Origin: an uncultured Candidatus Saccharibacteria bacterium
Lineage (GTDB): Bacteria > Patescibacteriota > Dojkabacteria > J137
Direction of reading: 5' to 3'
Assembly (NCBI GenBank): GCA_965230975.1
Contig: OZ246402.1
Location: 101,771-165,770 of the forward strand
DNA: 64,000 bases
Below the pieces are notes generated by a model. That model was not told the DNA's origin. It was given only the letters and a program-made list of their open reading frames with translations, and made no database searches. This document shows, in pieces, positions 59,689 through 64,000 of this stretch; position 1 is the first letter of the stretch; every line of letters starts with the position of its first letter. A program made the translations under genes and the position numbers.

Positions 59689-60059
59689 GGTGTTTTGATT
59701 TTTAAATTTGGAATATTTTTGTAATGCTTTGTATTTCTAGTCACTAATGTCAAATTATTGTTTATTGCCGTAGAGGCAATTAAGGCATCAAAAAACATTA
59801 AGCCACTGCTCAAATGAAACATCTCAAGTAGATTAATCGCATCTTCTTGGATTTTGTTATCTATAGATATTGGTTCGAATAAAGACAAAAAAAGTTTTAA
59901 ATCTTTCAAATTATCTTTGTTTTTGCTACCTTGCAAAACCTCCCCGTAAGAAATTAATGAGATATTAGAAATTGTATAATACTTTTCTAAAAAAGATAAA
60001 TCACTTTCAATAGCTTTTAAACAGTTAATTAAAACATCTGAATCTATTAAATATTTCAT
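59685..60059 (-). CDS. vapC: PIN-domain ribonuclease toxin (VapC-like)
   Basis: MKYLIDSDVLI (first acidic residue), then FDALIASTAINNNLTLVTRNTKHY. It overlaps the upstream antitoxin via TAATG. Confidence 0.7.
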   Translation of the reverse strand: MKYLIDSDVLINCLKAIESDLSFLEKYYTISNISLISYGEVLQGSKNKDNLKDLKLFLSLFEPISIDNKIQEDAINLLEMFHLSSGLMFFDALIASTAINNNLTLVTRNTKHYKNIPNLKIKTP

Positions 60060-60340
60060 TAAAACCTCCTACGAATCTTATTAACTATCTCTACCCCGTT
60101 CATGTATGGGTAATCTGATTCAAATATACCTTTTGTTTTTTGTGTTAACTTTTTAAAGTCTGGCTGCTTCTTTTTGACTTGTTTTTGTTCTGATTTAAGA
60201 TTTTCTATACAGGTTAAAACCAAACCGGTATCTTTGTTGTTTTCTGTAATTCTATAAGTTAATCCATCTAGTAAAATCGCATCTTTTACAATAGAAAGAT
60301 TTTCTCTTAACTTTGATGAAGGTATGTATTTAATATTCAT
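60059..60340 (-). CDS. Phd/YefM-type antitoxin (partner of the PIN toxin)
   Basis: 93 aa. SSKLRENLSIVKDAILLDGLTYRITENNKDTGLVLTCIENL matches the YefM/Phd fold pattern. Confidence 0.55.
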   Translation of the reverse strand: MNIKYIPSSKLRENLSIVKDAILLDGLTYRITENNKDTGLVLTCIENLKSEQKQVKKKQPDFKKLTQKTKGIFESDYPYMNGVEIVNKIRRRF

Positions 60341-60453
60341 ATTTATATTCTAACATCTTTGTACAAATTGTACAAAGTTAATTTATGTGATACTAAGATA
60401 ACTAGTTTGTGTGGTGACTGAAATATCCATCCATAAATGATATAATCTAATTC

Positions 60454-61647
60454 GTGAAAGAATATTTAACACTAGCAATTGATACATCTTGTGACGAAAC
60501 TTCTGCATCTGTTGTCAGAGGTTTAACTACCCTTTCTAATGTAATGCCATCTCAAATGGAGTTTCATAAAAAATTTGGTGGAGTTGTTCCATCGTTAGCA
60601 AAGTTAGCTCATCAAGACAGAATCGACAATGTAATAAAAGAGGCATTAAAAAAAGCTGGAGTAAATGTAGAAGATTTAGATGCAATTGCAGTAACTTATG
60701 GTCCAGGATTGGCAATCGCTTTAGAAATTGGAGTTAATAAAGCTAAAGAACTGGCTACTGAATATAAAAAGCCTTTGGTTGCAATAAATCACATGGAAGG
60801 TCATTTGTTATCTTCCTTCGCACAAAGAAATTTTGCGAATGCGCTTAAAACCTCTAACTTAAAACTTACAACTTCTTTTCATTCTCTTGGAGTTTTAGTT
60901 TCGGGAGGTCACACAGAGCTTATTTTGGTTAAAGACTTTGGAGTTTACGAAAAGATAGGTGAAACTTTAGATGACTCTTGTGGAGAAGCTTACGATAAGT
61001 GTGGAAGAATTTTAGGGTTGGGTTATCCTGCTGGTCCTACAATTTCTAAATTTTCTAAAGAGCATAGAAAAAACGTAGATATTAAAATTTACAGAAAAAA
61101 CTTAAGCACAATAGTTAGTGTAATTAATAAAAATAATGGAAGTACTTACGAACTACCAATTGCAATGGCAAATTCTGGAGATTTAAACTTTAGTTATTCA
61201 GGGTTAAAAACTGCTTTTAAACAGCTAGTAGAATCTTTGGTAAATAAAAAGTTAACTCATCAAGATGAAGTTGAGGGTGTAGAAAAATCTTTAAATAAAG
61301 AACAAATTTTAGATTTATGCGTCTTAATAGAATCTGCAGCCCTAGGGCAACTTTTAATTAAAGTAGAAAAAGCAGTTAAACAGTATCAACCAAAAGAGAT
61401 TTGGCTTGGAGGAGGCGTTGTTGCAAGTGCAAGATTAAGAGAGTTGATTAGAAATATTTGCAAAGAATATGGTTTAAAACTAAGATTCCCCTACTCTAAC
61501 AAACTAACAGGAGATAATGCTGTAATGATTGCGGTTGCCGCAAATATCAAACTTTCAAAACTAGAATCTATATCTCATAATCCTGAAAATGGAATTTATT
61601 TAAAAGATTTTGAACTTATAGATAGAGATCCAAGCTTAACCTTCTAA
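60454..61647 (+). CDS. tsaD: tRNA N6-adenosine threonylcarbamoyltransferase TsaD (Kae1/Qri7 family) with insertion
   Basis: LAIDTSCDETSASVV, INHMEGH (metal-binding HxxH), and SGGVVAS. A ~60-aa insertion relative to typical TsaD. Confidence 0.85.
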   Translation: MKEYLTLAIDTSCDETSASVVRGLTTLSNVMPSQMEFHKKFGGVVPSLAKLAHQDRIDNVIKEALKKAGVNVEDLDAIAVTYGPGLAIALEIGVNKAKELATEYKKPLVAINHMEGHLLSSFAQRNFANALKTSNLKLTTSFHSLGVLVSGGHTELILVKDFGVYEKIGETLDDSCGEAYDKCGRILGLGYPAGPTISKFSKEHRKNVDIKIYRKNLSTIVSVINKNNGSTYELPIAMANSGDLNFSYSGLKTAFKQLVESLVNKKLTHQDEVEGVEKSLNKEQILDLCVLIESAALGQLLIKVEKAVKQYQPKEIWLGGGVVASARLRELIRNICKEYGLKLRFPYSNKLTGDNAVMIAVAANIKLSKLESISHNPENGIYLKDFELIDRDPSLTF

Positions 61648-61718
61648 ATAAGATATTAAATCTTGTTGAAAATTATATTTAATATTGTATATTATGTATA
61701 TTCTTCAATACATAAACT

Positions 61719-62009
61719 ATGGTAGAAGCACTTCATCTTGTTAAGTCAGATCCAGATCTTGATCTAAAAGAGTTGCAAGAAATTGTTGCTCAGTTAGATA
61801 CAGAAGAATATTTAGAACCTAGCCCCAATGATCTTGAATATTATGATCTTACCTTTTCAATTGATTTATATTCTGTGCAACCATGGCTTAGAGAGCTTTT
61901 AGTATATTTAGGTAGAAATAGAAGCTATCTCACTTTCTTGGGAAGAGAAAAAACTAGGCAAATTATGGAGTTAGCTTTACATGAGCAAGATGCTTTAATA
62001 GAGCAATAG
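61719..62009 (+). CDS. hypothetical protein
   Basis: 96-aa acidic ORF, no motif. Confidence 0.35.
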   Translation: MVEALHLVKSDPDLDLKELQEIVAQLDTEEYLEPSPNDLEYYDLTFSIDLYSVQPWLRELLVYLGRNRSYLTFLGREKTRQIMELALHEQDALIEQ

Positions 62010-62189
62010 ATTTGCTTAACCAAAAAAAATATTTAGCATAAATAAATTAAATTCAATCTTCATTTTTTCAATTTGTGAGCCAATTTTTCAAATTGTGGGC
62101 TAATTTGAAATTTCTTAAGTACAAAATTTCAATTTGTAAGAAGTTTGTAAGAAACACCTATTAAAATGAAGCATACTTAAATTAAAACT

Positions 62190-63707
62190 ATGCTCTCACA
62201 ACTCTATTCTGCATCTTTAGTTGGTTTAGATTGCAAACTTATAACTGTAGAAGTTGATTACAGACGTGGTAATTACGCCTTCCACATTGTTGGGTTGGGA
62301 GATAAATCTGTACAAGAATCTAAAGAACGAGTAAGTGCAGCTATTAAAAATTCAGGTTTTCAGTTTACTCCAATGGTTATTATTGCAAACTTAGCACCTG
62401 CAGAACTCCCTAAAAGTGGCAGTATGTACGATTTACCAATTGCCTTGGGGTACTTATCCTCATCGGGTCAACTGATTGCAGATTTTGCGAAAAGTATGTT
62501 TGTAGGAGAATTAGGCTTAGACGGCTCACTAAAGCGTGTTAACGGAATTTTATCAATCACAGATTTTGCTTTAAAAAGTGGTTTTAAAGAGATTTATGTG
62601 CCATTCGATAATTATGAAGAAGCATCTTATATAAACGGTATAAAAATAAATGCCGTAAAATGTTTAAAAGACCTAGTTTGGCATTTGCAAGGATTTTGTG
62701 AATTAGAAAAGGTAACTACAACCCCGGCTGCACAAGCCAAAGCCATTGCAACTATTGATTTTTCCGAAATAAAAGATCAGTACCACGCAAAAAAGGCACT
62801 AGAGATTTGTGCAGCCGGAGGGCATAACATTATTTTGCATGGTCCACCGGGTTCGGGTAAAACCATGCTTTCTAAGGCTTTGCCCGGAATAATGCCTAAT
62901 TTAACAATAGAAGAATCTATTGAAGTTACAAAGATTTATAGTATTTCTGGTTTAACAAATGAAAAAATATCTTTAATTAAAACAAGACCATTCAGGTCCC
63001 CACACCACACAGCTTCCTATTCGGCGTTGATTGGCGGTGGAATTTACCCAAAGCCTGGAGAAATCTCATTGGCTCACCGGGGAGTTTTATTTTTAGATGA
63101 GTTTCCAGAATTTTCTAATGCTTCAATTGAGGCGTTAAGGCAACCTTTAGAAGATAGAGTTGTTACAGTTTCTAGAGTTAATGCTACCCTTACCTACCCA
63201 GCTAATTTTATATTAGTAGCAGCTATGAATCCATGTAAATGTGGGTTTTATGGAGATTCACACAATAAATGTACATGTTCGATTATGGATTTAAACAGGT
63301 ACAAAAGCCGATTGTCAGGTCCGATTTTAGATAGAATCGATTTGTCTGTAAATGTACCCAAGGTTGAAAACAGTAAATTATTTAAAGATATAAATATTGA
63401 AAATTCAGATACTATTAAGTATAGAGTGCAAATGGCCAGAGATATGCAACTTAAAAGATATAAAGATTTAAATATAATTTGTAACTCAGAGCTAAAACAA
63501 TCAGATTTTGGCAAATACTTAAAAATGAATCCAGATGCCCAAGAATATTTAGAGCTTGCTACCTCAAAAATTAATATGTCCGCCCGGGCTGTTTATAAAT
63601 TAATGCGTGTAAGTAGAACTATTGCTGATTTAGCACAATCTTTAGAAATACAAAAAAAACATTTACTTGAGGCATTTAGCTACAGGGTGAATTCTTTGAA
63701 AGACTGA
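62190..63707 (+). CDS. yifB: YifB/ComM-family Mg-chelatase-like AAA+ ATPase
   Basis: N-terminal ChlI-like domain, Walker A LHGPPGSGKTML, Walker B VLFLDEFPEF, and the C-terminal Mg_chelatase_C domain. Confidence 0.85.
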   Translation: MLSQLYSASLVGLDCKLITVEVDYRRGNYAFHIVGLGDKSVQESKERVSAAIKNSGFQFTPMVIIANLAPAELPKSGSMYDLPIALGYLSSSGQLIADFAKSMFVGELGLDGSLKRVNGILSITDFALKSGFKEIYVPFDNYEEASYINGIKINAVKCLKDLVWHLQGFCELEKVTTTPAAQAKAIATIDFSEIKDQYHAKKALEICAAGGHNIILHGPPGSGKTMLSKALPGIMPNLTIEESIEVTKIYSISGLTNEKISLIKTRPFRSPHHTASYSALIGGGIYPKPGEISLAHRGVLFLDEFPEFSNASIEALRQPLEDRVVTVSRVNATLTYPANFILVAAMNPCKCGFYGDSHNKCTCSIMDLNRYKSRLSGPILDRIDLSVNVPKVENSKLFKDINIENSDTIKYRVQMARDMQLKRYKDLNIICNSELKQSDFGKYLKMNPDAQEYLELATSKINMSARAVYKLMRVSRTIADLAQSLEIQKKHLLEAFSYRVNSLKD

Positions 63708-63750
63708 ATTGGAATTGTTCGCTATATTAATCTGAAATTGCAATAACGTT

Positions 63751-64000
63751 CTATTTTTTAGAAAGAACAATTACCCACTCCCCCACTACTTTTGACTTCT
63801 TAAGTTCTGTTATAACTTCTTGAATGTTTCCTTTTATAACCTTTTGAAACTTTTTGGTCAGGTCGTTTATTGCTGCAATATTTAACTCTGAATTCTCTTC
63901 TGCTATAACTTCTAAGCTTTTTAAAACTCTAAAAGGTGATTCGTAATAAAGAATTGAAGAAGCGGGGGACTCTAAAGCTGCTTTTATTTGCTTTTTAATT
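63751..64000 (-). CDS. rsmI: C-terminal part of 16S rRNA (cytidine1402-2'-O)-methyltransferase RsmI-like protein (truncated by the window end)
   Basis: Minus-strand translation ...LYYESPFRVLKSLEVIAEE...DLTKKFQKVIKGNIQEVITELKKSKVVGEWVIVLSKK* matches the RsmI C-terminus (ELTKKFE...GE.V.V). Stop at 63751-63753. Confidence 0.55.
   Translation of the reverse strand, partial: IKKQIKAALESPASSILYYESPFRVLKSLEVIAEENSELNIAAINDLTKKFQKVIKGNIQEVITELKKSKVVGEWVIVLSKK

Noticed and set aside
63708-63760. Inverted repeat ggaattgttcg ... gaacaattac after yifB as a terminator
   Set aside because: The arms are separated by ~45 nt and there is no T-tract. It is not a convincing intrinsic terminator.
1-64000. CRISPR arrays, cas genes, integrases, transposases, phage structural genes
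   Set aside because: No regularly spaced direct repeats or recognisable recombinase or cas motifs (DDE, tyrosine-recombinase R..HxxR..Y, HD/RuvC) were found in any frame. The dnaA-dnaN cassette therefore lacks an identifiable mobility gene.

Overview
This is a ~64 kb chromosomal segment from a low-GC bacterium, roughly 33-36% GC by eye and not computed, that spans the replication-origin neighbourhood. Gene content is mostly housekeeping: argS, adk, dnaJ, ftsK, yidD, dnaA, dnaN, holA-like, sodA, tsaD, yifB/comM, rsmI, one tRNA-Ser, a SpoU methyltransferase and NUDIX hydrolases. It also carries cell-envelope genes: an O-antigen-ligase-like protein, GT2 and GT4 glycosyltransferases, two FemAB paralogues, a VanY/M15B peptidase, an amidase_2-like protein, PilN/PilO-like proteins and a rhomboid protease. 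Regulation and toxin-antitoxin content comprises a TrmB-type regulator, an ApbE-HK-RR operon and a VapBC-like toxin-antitoxin pair. The most unusual feature is a ~9 kb accessory cassette inserted between dnaA and dnaN, genes that are normally adjacent. The cassette encodes a 2244-aa secreted RHS/YD-repeat polymorphic toxin with three PA14 domains and an unrecognised glycine-zipper-rich C-terminal domain. Immediately downstream sits a candidate immunity gene, followed by a Zn-ribbon/SHOCT protein and a small membrane protein. The insertion separates a palindromic DnaA-box pair upstream of dnaA from a cluster of DnaA-box-like TCCAC motifs upstream of dnaN, which looks like a bipartite origin. 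Other notable items follow. There is a 1796-aa surface protein with LamG x2, Ig-like and polytopic C-terminal CarboxypepD_reg modules. A divergent FAD-oxidoreductase/CFA-synthase-like pair resembles the BfaA/BfaB lipid-methylation module. There is also a membrane-embedded M28-like peptidase and a beta-propeller-C39-peptidase fusion. The reduced, envelope- and scavenging-heavy gene set with large surface proteins is compatible with a CPR/Patescibacteria-like or similarly reduced AT-rich lineage, but this is inference only.
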